Part shown: positions 40,008 through 49,778 of the stretch, one piece after another
Layout of the letters: the number at the start of each line of letters is the position of its first letter
Position numbering within the stretch: the first letter of the stretch is position 1
NCBI GenBank assembly: GCA_035559535.1
Contig: DATMBG010000006.1
Coordinates: 1 to 64,000 of the forward strand
Source of the DNA: Candidatus Limnocylindrales bacterium
GTDB lineage: Bacteria; Moduliflexota; Moduliflexia; Moduliflexales; JAUQPW01
Length of the DNA stretch: 64,000 nt
Reading direction: 5' to 3'
The notes under the pieces: model-generated
Seen by the model: only the letters and a program-made list of their open reading frames with translations
Database searches by the model: none
What the model was told of the DNA's origin: nothing
Made by a program: the position numbers and the translations under genes

Positions 40008-41051
40008 ATGCCGTGTAAAGATGAGATGTCTATTATTCATAAAATCTTTTTCATTCTCTATAACCAGGGAATTCTTCTTTTTTTACTTGTAATTCTTCTG
40101 GGATGTACCCAAATTGGGAGGGGGAGCCCTGTGGGTAGATTACCACCCGAATTTGAACAAATTAGAAGAGAGGTTCATATCATTCGGCCTTATCAAACAG
40201 ACCCCAATATTAATACCTATCCTAATCCGCATATTGCCTATCGAAATTTACGGGTTCCAAGGAAAAACAGACTTTTCGTGTTTTTACCGGGTACAGAAGC
40301 GAAGCCCAGCGGGGTTAAACATCTCCTTAAAGTCGTTTCAGATACCGGCATACCGGTTATTGGGTTGAGTTATCCTAATGAACCCAGTGTTCGAAGTCTT
40401 TGCCAAAACGATCCTGATTGTTATGGTAGAGTCCGCCACGAAATTATCTATGGGGTCAATACCTCTCCCCTTGTTAATGTAGATCCTGCAAATTCCATTG
40501 TCGGCAGACTCACCAGACTATTGCAATATTTAAATTACCAGTTTCCCCAAGAAGGATGGGGAGAATTTCTTATCAATGGTAATCAAATTAACTGGTCCAA
40601 GATCATTCTGGCGGGTCATTCTCAAGGAGGAGGACATGCAGCCTATATTGCTAAGGATAACGTGGTCAGTCGCGTCATTACCTTTGCTTCACCTTTTGAT
40701 ACCATCAGTCAGCCGGGAGATCCAAGAATCAGACCTGCAAACTGGTTACTCCAACCCCATGTAACTCCTGCAAATCGTTATTACGGTTTTGGTCATATTA
40801 ACGATTTTGCACTGGATGTTCTTGTACCCATCTGGAGAGCCCAGCAATACCCGGGCGAACCTGTAAATGTAGACAGCGCAAATTCCTGGTACAATTACAG
40901 CCATCAACTTTATACTACCAGACCTCCTCGAACCGGAAATACCTATCGCGATGCGCACATGAGTATTGTTTTGGATATAGCAACCCCCTTGGACAGGAAT
41001 GGATATCCCGTTTTTGCTCCTGTATGGAGGTATCTCTGCTGCTCAGGTTAA
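40008..41051 (+). CDS. Exported alpha/beta hydrolase paralog, probable lipoprotein
   Basis: GHSQGG motif; LLGC lipobox; long stretches near-identical to the upstream gene. Start at 40008 or 40026. Confidence 0.8.
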   Translation: MPCKDEMSIIHKIFFILYNQGILLFLLVILLGCTQIGRGSPVGRLPPEFEQIRREVHIIRPYQTDPNINTYPNPHIAYRNLRVPRKNRLFVFLPGTEAKPSGVKHLLKVVSDTGIPVIGLSYPNEPSVRSLCQNDPDCYGRVRHEIIYGVNTSPLVNVDPANSIVGRLTRLLQYLNYQFPQEGWGEFLINGNQINWSKIILAGHSQGGGHAAYIAKDNVVSRVITFASPFDTISQPGDPRIRPANWLLQPHVTPANRYYGFGHINDFALDVLVPIWRAQQYPGEPVNVDSANSWYNYSHQLYTTRPPRTGNTYRDAHMSIVLDIATPLDRNGYPVFAPVWRYLCCSG

Positions 41052-41089
41052 CCACGTATATTTAAAGGGGCTGGTTATTTTCCTTAGAG

Positions 41090-44000
41090 TTATCTTCCAC
41101 CCGAGGCCGCTACAGGAATATCTCCGGGCTGACCCCATATATTGAGAGTAGAAATTCTAAACCCGGAGGAAGAAGTCAGGATAAACCATTCTCCCGTAGA
41201 AGCCTGAAAAATTCCCAAGTCAGTCCGTCTATCCCCGTCAAAATCTGCCTGAACCGGGAAATCGCCAGGTCGTGATACTTTTTGAACCATTTCACCTTTT
41301 TTGAGCAAAACGATCCAGGTATGAGTGACCGATCTCCAGATGGCTACATCAGCCAGTCCATCGCCATCGTAATCTCCAGGTACCGGAAAATCTCCCGGCT
41401 GTCCCAGGATGGAAATAGTACTCCCTCCACTGGAGTTAAGGATGTACCAGGTTCCGTTGGAAGGTCGAAAAACGGCTATATCCGTTTTTCCATCTCCATC
41501 ATAATCGGCCGGTGTAGGGATATCTCCGGCAATACCCCAGGAGGTAACCATAAAGTTAATGGGATTGGAGGGGGAAGATCCCGATAAAGAAATCCACCAT
41601 TCTCCTGTCGCAGGCCTCCAGATAGCACGATCTGTTTTTTTGTCTCCGTCATAGTCCCCCGGAACTGGAATATCTCCCCGGATACCCCAATTCTGAACGT
41701 CCTCACTCCCATTCAAAAGAACATGCCAATCTCCTGTAGAAGGTCGCCAGAAGGCAAAATCTGCAGTTCCATTTCCATCATAATCGCCTGGAACCGGAAT
41801 ATCTTCAGAGGATCCGAAAAATACAGGAGAAGTTCCCAGAACTAACCACTCCCCGGTAGAAGGTCTATAAAGGGCAATATCGGCTTTACCATCTCCATTG
41901 TAATCTGCCGTGTAGGCTACCGGGACTGTGTCAGAAATTTTAGCGATAAAAGCGTCTCCGAACCCCCCCCCAAAATTTGGTTGAAGCGCATTTACGGTTG
42001 GGAAGTTGGTTGAAGCGGCTCCACCGGCTATGTAAGCGGCACCTGCCGCGTCTACGGCCACCGCAAGACCAAATTCTCGGAAAATATCATTATTACCGCC
42101 GAGGTAAGTTGCATAAACAATGGAAGAACCTGTGGCATCCAACTTCGCTAGGAAGGCATCGCTAAATCCTCCTCCAAAAGTGGATTGTATAGAATTTGCT
42201 GTAGGCATGTCGGGTGAGCTGGTATCACAAACCACGTAAATATTCCCGGAGGTATCCACGGCGATATCGTTACCGATGTCAAAGTCACTACCTCCGAGAT
42301 AGGTCGAAAAAACCAGAGAAGACCCTGTTGGATTCAACTTTGCGACAAAGGCATCAAAAGCATCACTGGGATTGGTATAACCCCCCCCAAAAACTGCTTG
42401 CAGGGCATTCACGGTGGGAAAATCTAAAGAACGGGTAAAACCGGTCACATAGGCATTACCGTATTTATCTACGGCAATCCCGTGCCCAGTTTCTCCCTTA
42501 CTGCCACCCAAATAAGTGGAGTAAATAAAAGCAGTACCGGTAGCATTTAGTTTTACCACGAAGGCATCGGTGGGGAAGTCTGAATCTCCCCCCGCAAAGG
42601 AAGGTTGCAAAGCCTGAGCTGTCGGAAAGTCGACCGACTCGGTAGTGCCCATGATGTAAGCATTACCCAGGGTATCGACTGCAATATCATAACCCGATTC
42701 TCGACCACTCCCCCCCAGGTAAGTAGAGTAGACAAGGGCAGAGCCTGTTGAATTTAACTTGGCCACGAAGACATCCTCGCAGGGAGGAAGGGCACAAAGA
42801 TCTGCGCCCTTATTTGGCTGCAAGGGGTTCATAACGGGAAAGTTGGTGGATCGGGTCCCCCCGGTTATATAAGCATTGCCAGAAGCATCTACGGCGATAC
42901 TGTGACCCAGATCACTCTCACTGCCCCCGAGATAGGTGGCATAAATGAGTTTAGAACCTGAGGAATTCAATTTTACTACAAAGGCATCATCAAATCCGCC
43001 TCGTTTGGGTTGTAAAGGATTTACCAATGGGAAATCCGGAGAACTGGTCTGACCGGTCAGATAGATATTATTCAGAGGATCCAGGGCAATCCCATAGCTA
43101 AAATCACGGCCACTACCCCCCAAATAGGTGGCATAGAGGAGGGTAGATCCTGTGGAATCTAGTTTTGCAACAAAGGCATCGATGAAGCCGTTAAAAGTAT
43201 TCTGGAAAGGTTTCTGGGTAGGAAAGTTAATCGAATCCGTGGTGCCCGTTACATAAACGTTACCTAACGTATCTACAGCGATGGCACGGCCAAATTCACC
43301 ATAAATGTTGGTACTCCCCCCCAAATAGGTTGAGTAGATTAACACGGGATCTATAATCAGGGTTTTGGAAGCCATGTAAGTACCCAATTGAAATCCGATT
43401 TTAGCTGGCTTTCTGTCTTTTTGTAGGAAGGGATTCTCCGTAAGCTCCTCCTGGTTGAGTATCACATAACGACCAGGAATTACCTGCCTTGTACCATTGA
43501 TCTCTTGATAGATAACCGGCTTTTGTTGCCGGATTTCGCCTATGGGAGTGTAAAGTACAAGATCCCCATTGAGATCAATTTCAAGTTTCTCTACCCCTTC
43601 AAAAGAGAATTGGATAGCCGTAAGGTCTGCACCTGGAGTAATGACCCAATCATACTCTAAATGGCCTTGGTGACTGTGATAAACCAGATTTACACCGGGA
43701 TACACATCCTGATACACCACTTTTCCATAAGTTGGGATCTCCGTACGCCACCTGTCAGGATCATTACCGATAAAATAATTGCGCTTGCCTGGTAATTCAT
43801 CTAGCCCATTTATAAGGGGCTGAGGGTTAGCACCTATGAGTTGCATTCGAAGTACTGCGCTCGTATCCCTGTATAAATCGCTATCTTGTTTAAATAAATC
43901 CTCGATTTGTTCTACCTTTCGAGCCTTCCTTTCTTCCTTCTTAAGGATCCATACCGCCTCGGTAGGGGTCAAATACAAGTGGTAACCGCTCCCACGAACC

Positions 44001-44221
44001 AGGAACTTTACTTCAGGATCGGTTTGGCCTTGATTGATCTCAAAACTCAGGGATGGTTGTGTATAGGTCGGGGGTATCTGGGTTGGTTGTTCAGGAGTTA
44101 AGGGAGGTTGTGGTGGGGCCGCGAATACTGGCTGCAAATAGGCTGTCGGTCCTGGAAACCCCGATACAAGCCAGACTAAATACCCAACCCAGAGGATCAG
44201 GTGTTTTAAGTAGTACTTCAT
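41090..44221 (-). CDS. Secreted SBBP beta-propeller repeat protein with C-terminal FG-GAP/VCBS repeats
   Basis: FEINQGQ; repeated YSTYLGG..D.G..IAVD..GN.Y.TG.T.S.DFP; D.PVPGDYDGDG.TD repeats. Confidence 0.9.
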   Translation of the reverse strand: MKYYLKHLILWVGYLVWLVSGFPGPTAYLQPVFAAPPQPPLTPEQPTQIPPTYTQPSLSFEINQGQTDPEVKFLVRGSGYHLYLTPTEAVWILKKEERKARKVEQIEDLFKQDSDLYRDTSAVLRMQLIGANPQPLINGLDELPGKRNYFIGNDPDRWRTEIPTYGKVVYQDVYPGVNLVYHSHQGHLEYDWVITPGADLTAIQFSFEGVEKLEIDLNGDLVLYTPIGEIRQQKPVIYQEINGTRQVIPGRYVILNQEELTENPFLQKDRKPAKIGFQLGTYMASKTLIIDPVLIYSTYLGGSTNIYGEFGRAIAVDTLGNVYVTGTTDSINFPTQKPFQNTFNGFIDAFVAKLDSTGSTLLYATYLGGSGRDFSYGIALDPLNNIYLTGQTSSPDFPLVNPLQPKRGGFDDAFVVKLNSSGSKLIYATYLGGSESDLGHSIAVDASGNAYITGGTRSTNFPVMNPLQPNKGADLCALPPCEDVFVAKLNSTGSALVYSTYLGGSGRESGYDIAVDTLGNAYIMGTTESVDFPTAQALQPSFAGGDSDFPTDAFVVKLNATGTAFIYSTYLGGSKGETGHGIAVDKYGNAYVTGFTRSLDFPTVNALQAVFGGGYTNPSDAFDAFVAKLNPTGSSLVFSTYLGGSDFDIGNDIAVDTSGNIYVVCDTSSPDMPTANSIQSTFGGGFSDAFLAKLDATGSSIVYATYLGGNNDIFREFGLAVAVDAAGAAYIAGGAASTNFPTVNALQPNFGGGFGDAFIAKISDTVPVAYTADYNGDGKADIALYRPSTGEWLVLGTSPVFFGSSEDIPVPGDYDGNGTADFAFWRPSTGDWHVLLNGSEDVQNWGIRGDIPVPGDYDGDKKTDRAIWRPATGEWWISLSGSSPSNPINFMVTSWGIAGDIPTPADYDGDGKTDIAVFRPSNGTWYILNSSGGSTISILGQPGDFPVPGDYDGDGLADVAIWRSVTHTWIVLLKKGEMVQKVSRPGDFPVQADFDGDRRTDLGIFQASTGEWFILTSSSGFRISTLNIWGQPGDIPVAASGGR

Positions 44222-44329
44222 GGTAATGTTATAACTCCATCCGGGGCGAGTAAGCAAATGAAGCCATAAGGGAATGAAGCATTTCTCCTCCCTGACTCCC
44301 GTCGACGAGGGAACGAGGGACCGGTCAAA

Positions 44330-44695
44330 TTAGCTATTTTTTTTAAACGGTCCAAAAATCATCCCTATGATGGCTCCAACGGCTGCCCCCATAAGCCCTA
44401 TGAAAATGACTCCAATGGTACCCTGGAAAATACTCTCCAGAATAGCTCCGAGAATTTCCATACCAGTCCCTTCATGCACTCCGATTAGTATTCCAAAACC
44501 CATTCCAAGCATTGCTCCGAGGATCGCGCCAACCGTACCTCCCACCAGAGCCCCTCCGAGCGCCCGGTCTGGGAGACGGTGGGACTGTAATTCGGGAGGC
44601 AGTAGACGATAGATCTGGGATATGCTGTTTTCTAATCTCTTTTTTCTATCTGGGGTTGATCCGGTTTCAAACTTTGAGCCTTTATCCGTGTTCAT
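44330..44695 (-). CDS. Small glycine-zipper membrane protein
   Basis: Two GxxxGxxxG hydrophobic helices; no clear RBS. Confidence 0.55.
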   Translation of the reverse strand: MNTDKGSKFETGSTPDRKKRLENSISQIYRLLPPELQSHRLPDRALGGALVGGTVGAILGAMLGMGFGILIGVHEGTGMEILGAILESIFQGTIGVIFIGLMGAAVGAIIGMIFGPFKKNS

Positions 44696-44764
44696 GGGTC
44701 AAGGAAAGGGAGACTATACAGGATGTATTTACCAGGGTTTTATATTCTTTATTCAAATTACTAC

Positions 44765-44890
44765 TACACTGTTTACTTAATTTTAGCCTCATAGGGCTAC
44801 TTTCACTCCCCAGCTCCCCTCTCCCGCAGCGTGGGAGAGGGGCCGGGGGTGAGGGTAACTCTATAGGATCAAATTTAACTTTACAAAGTA
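44765..44890. mobile_element. MITE/REP-like element (CCCTCACCCC hairpin family)
   Basis: cccctctccc..gggagagggg hairpin; imperfect terminal IRs ending ttaactttacaaagta; copies at 51893 and 63175. Confidence 0.6.
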
Positions 44891-47800
44891 TTACTGTCCC
44901 TCAATAATTGTAATCTCCTGGTTGACCGGAACATTCTTCAAGGTCTGTTTTATACCACTGGGCCATTCGATTGAAATCCGATCAACCAAGGTAATCTGGC
45001 CCAACCCAAAGTGGAGAGGGCCGGCTCCCTGGGAAAGATAATGTCCACCTCCACCACCATTGGCCTCTCGATATTGAATAGTTTGGCCGCTCTTGATCTG
45101 AACCTTGGTTCCCAACCCTTGTCGGTCGCTTAGGGTTCCTATGAGCTTGATCTTAAGCCAGTTGTTTCCATTTCCTTCGTTATGATAAAGAAAATGCGGT
45201 CCTTTTTGAAAGGGAAAGGGATCCTGTCCATTGGTAACAAAGAGATCTAGAAATCCATCGTTATCATAATCCCCCCAGGCAGCACCACGGCCTCGACCTT
45301 CCCCTAAAGCTTCAACACCCCTCAAGCTGGCTACGTTGGTAAAAGTTCCATCCCGATTGTTTCTATAGAGATAGTTGGGAGCATCTCCTGCAGAAGCACT
45401 TCCAGAGTTGACTACATAAAGATCTAGATAACCATCGTTATCGAAATCTCCCCATACCGCAGCGTTGTTATTACTGGTGCTTCCGACTCCAGCTTGATCG
45501 GTTACATCTGTAAACGTCCCATCTCCATTATTCCTATAAAGGGTATCCTTCAAAATTTGCGCTTGAGAGGATGGCGTAATGCGGAGAAATCCTTGTAAGG
45601 GAGTAATCGAGGTTAGGCAACACCCCGTAATGACCCCATAAAATTGGTAATTGCCATTACCATCTCCACTCCATCGAACGTGCCAGATTCTTGTGGAAGA
45701 AGTTCCATCCAGGTTATCTGCCCAAATGAAGAAACCTAAATTAACTCCCGGTACATAAATGGGTTGTCCAAGACTGGAATCTCCGGTTATCGAAAAGGGA
45801 ATTTCTCCCGGATGAATCCCTCCCTGCCCTATGAAAACCAACGTGGGCTGGTGATTTTTTCCCACATATAAATCGAACGTAAGGGACTCTGCACTCGTTT
45901 GAAAGTCAAATCCTGTACCGGTATGACCGGTTATTTTATCGGTGAAGGAAACCACGGAAGCATTCCAGGACAGGCTCCCATTTTGATCATTGAAACCTCT
46001 GGATATGAAAAGATCCAGGTTACCATCGTTATTATAATCCCCCCAGGCAATACCTTTTCCATTGGTTAGAGGACCAAGACCTGCAGCCTCTGTGACATTC
46101 TTAAACTTTCCATGTTTGTTATTCTTCAGCAAAATATCAGGCCCATCCCCTACACAGAGGATATCCGGAAAGCCATCTTTATCATAATCTGCAAAAGCGC
46201 ACTCGGGATACTGAAGTCCCCCAAGACCGGCCTGTGCCGTCACATCTGTAAAGGTCCCATTTCCATTATTCCTATAGAGGACTAAAGGCGTGTCCAGATT
46301 CCCAATCAGAAGGTCCAGGTATCCATCGTTATCATAATCTCCCCAGGCTACACTTCGTCCCCTCCCAAAAGCATTGGGAACCCCTGCTAACAGGGTAATA
46401 TCCCTGAAATGTCCGGCTCCGGTATTCAAATAAAATCTATCCCGCTTCCCACCCACATCGGTTCCGTTACTTGCTCCGATAGTTATGAACAAATCCAGAT
46501 CCCCGTCATTATCGAAGTCTCCCCATGCGGAGCCGTGATAGTCTTGCTCTGCTACAATACCGGAGTTTTGTTGAATATTCGTAAACGTTCCATTTCCATT
46601 ATTTTGATACAACCGAGGAGCAAGTTCATAGTGATTATCCACAAAGAGGTCGAGATTTCCATCATTATTGAAATCACCCCAGATGGGATTTCCAAAGGTA
46701 TAGCCTTCCGGGGAAAGTCCTGAAGAAAGTGTAACATCGGTAAAAGTGGGAATTACCAGTCGTTTTCGTAGCTCCCCCTGAACTCCCTTTGCTTCTAACA
46801 CAATTCGATCGGGATTAGTCAATACAGTGACGAGGCCATATCCCGCATTTCCATTGTTACCGGATATAATTCCTTCACTCCAGGTTCCTTTGGGACCAGA
46901 GTCTCCACTCAAAAGGTTCGTATGGGGAACATTAAGCTCAGGAAGCCCGGCAAAAGTTCCGTCATCGATCCCACCTCCTGAATGTAAGTCTGCAGAGATA
47001 AGGATAACCCCCTGGATGTTGTTCTGTCGGATAAAATCTAAAATTTCGATCCGTTCTGTGTTATAAGCTCCCCAACTATCCCTGGGCTTACAGGTGGGAT
47101 TAAAGCATACGGTGGAGATCAAAAACTTCCATCGAGCTGTTGAGGCTAATAAGCCGGCTTTTAGCCAATCTTTCTGCCCATCGGGAATATGATCCCCGTC
47201 AAGCATGGACTTCTCCGGTCCATCCGGGTCGGTACTGGGATCTCTTTGGGACCGTAGGTCCAACATGAAAAATTCGGCCTGACCGTAAGTAAATTTATAC
47301 CAGATACCGCCTGTGGGGTTCGCCAAGTCAGGGGATGGGTAATACTCCCGAAAAGCTCGTATGGCATCTGCCCGCCCCGGAAACGTCTTGTCCCCATTAT
47401 TGGTTCCATAATCATGATCGTCATAAACATGGAATAAAGGAAATCGAGGAGCGAGGTAATAAAAGAAATCAAACCCCGAAGCAGTATATAATCCTCGAAC
47501 TTCCCGGTGCATGCGCCGCATCTCTTCCAGTGTCTGAGGATCTCTGTGATCAAAATCGCCAATCTGAAGGATAAAGGCCGGAGACTCTGCGGTTACCTGG
47601 GTATAAACCGGAGCCGGAACGGTAGGATATTTTTTAGTATTGATGAGATCTGCCAGAATAGCAAAACGGAAATCTCTAGCTGTACCGGGAGGAGGAAAGG
47701 TGGTAAAGGAGGGAAAAGGAGTAATCTGTTGAGGAAAACCATCCACCAGAACACGATAAGAGTAACGCGTCTCAGGTTTCAGGCCATTAAGCGTAATAAG

Positions 47801-48202
47801 GGTTGTAAAGTCCGTATCTGTTCCTGTCAGAACAGGAGCAGTCTGAAGAGGTGAGGTAAGGGCCGCATCCTCAGAAAATTCAATAACCACAGACGCGGCA
47901 CTATCGGTCCGGACAAAAACTTTGGCAGAAGTATCTGTTACAGCGCCAACCAATGGACCATCGGTCTGAACAGCAGCTAACAAAGGTTCTACCGGTAAAA
48001 GTAAGAAGACGAAAGACAAAAGACAAAAAATAAAGACCCCAGGTAGGGTGTCTTTATCGAATCTAACTGAAGAAATAAAAGGGAAAAGATCATGGTTCGT
48101 AGGTTCTTTTGGTTTTTGCTTTTTTAAATAAAAAAGCGAGAGCAGGAAAACTCTCCTTTTCATTTTTATTGGTTTCCTTTCATTTTTCCAGAGGCGATTC
48201 AT
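44891..48202 (-). CDS. PhoD-like phosphatase fused to CRTAC1-type FG-GAP repeats and ASPIC/UnbV domain
   Basis: GDF, DDHD, LDLRS and SADLH motifs; WGD(Y/F)DNDG.LDL repeats; LHFGLG....I.WPSG. Start may be downstream at MKRRVF. Confidence 0.85.
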   Translation of the reverse strand: MNRLWKNERKPIKMKRRVFLLSLFYLKKQKPKEPTNHDLFPFISSVRFDKDTLPGVFIFCLLSFVFLLLPVEPLLAAVQTDGPLVGAVTDTSAKVFVRTDSAASVVIEFSEDAALTSPLQTAPVLTGTDTDFTTLITLNGLKPETRYSYRVLVDGFPQQITPFPSFTTFPPPGTARDFRFAILADLINTKKYPTVPAPVYTQVTAESPAFILQIGDFDHRDPQTLEEMRRMHREVRGLYTASGFDFFYYLAPRFPLFHVYDDHDYGTNNGDKTFPGRADAIRAFREYYPSPDLANPTGGIWYKFTYGQAEFFMLDLRSQRDPSTDPDGPEKSMLDGDHIPDGQKDWLKAGLLASTARWKFLISTVCFNPTCKPRDSWGAYNTERIEILDFIRQNNIQGVILISADLHSGGGIDDGTFAGLPELNVPHTNLLSGDSGPKGTWSEGIISGNNGNAGYGLVTVLTNPDRIVLEAKGVQGELRKRLVIPTFTDVTLSSGLSPEGYTFGNPIWGDFNNDGNLDLFVDNHYELAPRLYQNNGNGTFTNIQQNSGIVAEQDYHGSAWGDFDNDGDLDLFITIGASNGTDVGGKRDRFYLNTGAGHFRDITLLAGVPNAFGRGRSVAWGDYDNDGYLDLLIGNLDTPLVLYRNNGNGTFTDVTAQAGLGGLQYPECAFADYDKDGFPDILCVGDGPDILLKNNKHGKFKNVTEAAGLGPLTNGKGIAWGDYNNDGNLDLFISRGFNDQNGSLSWNASVVSFTDKITGHTGTGFDFQTSAESLTFDLYVGKNHQPTLVFIGQGGIHPGEIPFSITGDSSLGQPIYVPGVNLGFFIWADNLDGTSSTRIWHVRWSGDGNGNYQFYGVITGCCLTSITPLQGFLRITPSSQAQILKDTLYRNNGDGTFTDVTDQAGVGSTSNNNAAVWGDFDNDGYLDLYVVNSGSASAGDAPNYLYRNNRDGTFTNVASLRGVEALGEGRGRGAAWGDYDNDGFLDLFVTNGQDPFPFQKGPHFLYHNEGNGNNWLKIKLIGTLSDRQGLGTKVQIKSGQTIQYREANGGGGGHYLSQGAGPLHFGLGQITLVDRISIEWPSGIKQTLKNVPVNQEITIIEGQ

Positions 48203-49763
48203 TTAAAACTTCTATTTTTGCCGACCTCAGGATCTGGAGGGTTTCTCGATATAATCGCCTGGCTTCAGGCAGGTTATTACGATGGAGATGATCTATGATT
48301 TGGTTCAGTTTGGTTTGAGCTTCAAGAAGTTGATCCCCAACCTGGGGATAGTCTTTCTGGAGGAGATCCAGGGTATTTCTGGCTTCCTGGAATTCCTCTA
48401 TGGATTTAGGTAAGTCCCGGGTAGAAAGTGCCCTTCTAGCCTGGCGCAATTGTTGGGTTAGTTGGCGAATTGTAGAAGTGGAAAGTTCATTGCCAAGGGG
48501 TTTCGATCCTTCCAGGGTGGAGGTTCCATTATCTATTGTTTCTGAGCTTTTACTTGTACCGGACTTTTGAAATTCAGAAGATTTGACCGAGACCCTTTGA
48601 AGTTGGGTAGCTGCAAATTGGATATCTTCCCTAAACTCTGGATTAACCACATCAAACTCATAAATTTCCAGGTAACTCGCTCCTCCTGCAAGGCCATTTT
48701 CTATAGCTTTTCGTAAGTTCCCCACCCGATTGGCCGTACCCAACATCTGAAATCCAATCGTCGTTTGCTTACTGAACTGTTGCAGGACCTTTAACCTTTC
48801 GGGGGAGGTATTAGCACTTAACCAATTTCCCTGGATAAACAACCGGCTCTTATAGGTCCCGAGGCCATAATCGATAATTTGTTGAGGAAGCTCCCGGTTT
48901 CCTAGGATTTGAAAAGCCATGTTTAAGACAATCGCTTTATTTGGAAAGGCCCTGGCATAGGCATCTATGCATTGTTTCCAGGCATCGAGTAGTTTAGCCG
49001 GGGTATACCCAAAACTTTCCCAGTCTTTTTCTTTACCTCGGAGATGGAATTCCACTGAAGTAACGGTAGGCCCTGCAACGGCAACCGCATAAAGGTTAGG
49101 ATTGGCCCGGTATCGCTTTCCCAGATTATCGATAAAATTTGTCCACTTAGCTAAATAAACGGGATCCCAGGGGACCGGTAGAGAAGGCAGTCTATCCTGA
49201 ACAGGGGGTCCACCATCTGGAAGCCCTTGTTCATTGCCTATAAAGGTCTCTCCTCTATCAGGGTTGGAAGAAAAGCGCTTTTTGCGGGGAGAACGTCCCC
49301 TATCGTCTGGTCGCTGAACCCTTTGAGCGCCCGCTTGATAGACCCACTCGGGTGTAAAAACACCGGGGTGAACCCGAAGGATAACTTTTTTATTGTATTG
49401 GGCGGCCGTTTGAAAAACTTCATCGAGATAACTCCAGACATAATGACCTTCCACAGGCTCTAGGGTCCACCATTTAACCCGGGGACTTATTCCTCGAACA
49501 TACGGAGAATTTAACCCTGTTGGATTAAAAGGTTCCTCCATTTTATTCAGGACATAAACCCCATAACCTTCGCTAGAGATGCCACTCATCTCCGTTCCTT
49601 CTTCCTGCGGTGAGTCTGTCGAATCCATAAAAGCTAAAGAAGAAGTAGGGACACAGCAGGTTGTGCCGGTACGGGATGAAGGGACAGAAGGTAGAAAACA
49701 AAAAACAAAAAGTAAAGAAAAGAAGAAAAAAAACCTCTTTCTGATTAATAACCAAAATTGCAT
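48180..49763 (-). CDS. Exported glycoside hydrolase-like TIM-barrel protein (GH-A/beta-galactosidase-like)
   Basis: W..LEP.EG.Y.W..LD, TPEWV and PVPWDP.Y...W..F...LG.RY patterns. Confidence 0.65.
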   Translation of the reverse strand: MQFWLLIRKRFFFFFSLLFVFCFLPSVPSSRTGTTCCVPTSSLAFMDSTDSPQEEGTEMSGISSEGYGVYVLNKMEEPFNPTGLNSPYVRGISPRVKWWTLEPVEGHYVWSYLDEVFQTAAQYNKKVILRVHPGVFTPEWVYQAGAQRVQRPDDRGRSPRKKRFSSNPDRGETFIGNEQGLPDGGPPVQDRLPSLPVPWDPVYLAKWTNFIDNLGKRYRANPNLYAVAVAGPTVTSVEFHLRGKEKDWESFGYTPAKLLDAWKQCIDAYARAFPNKAIVLNMAFQILGNRELPQQIIDYGLGTYKSRLFIQGNWLSANTSPERLKVLQQFSKQTTIGFQMLGTANRVGNLRKAIENGLAGGASYLEIYEFDVVNPEFREDIQFAATQLQRVSVKSSEFQKSGTSKSSETIDNGTSTLEGSKPLGNELSTSTIRQLTQQLRQARRALSTRDLPKSIEEFQEARNTLDLLQKDYPQVGDQLLEAQTKLNQIIDHLHRNNLPEARRLYRETLQILRSAKIEVLNESPLEK

Positions 49764-49778
49764 ATATCTTCTTTGATT

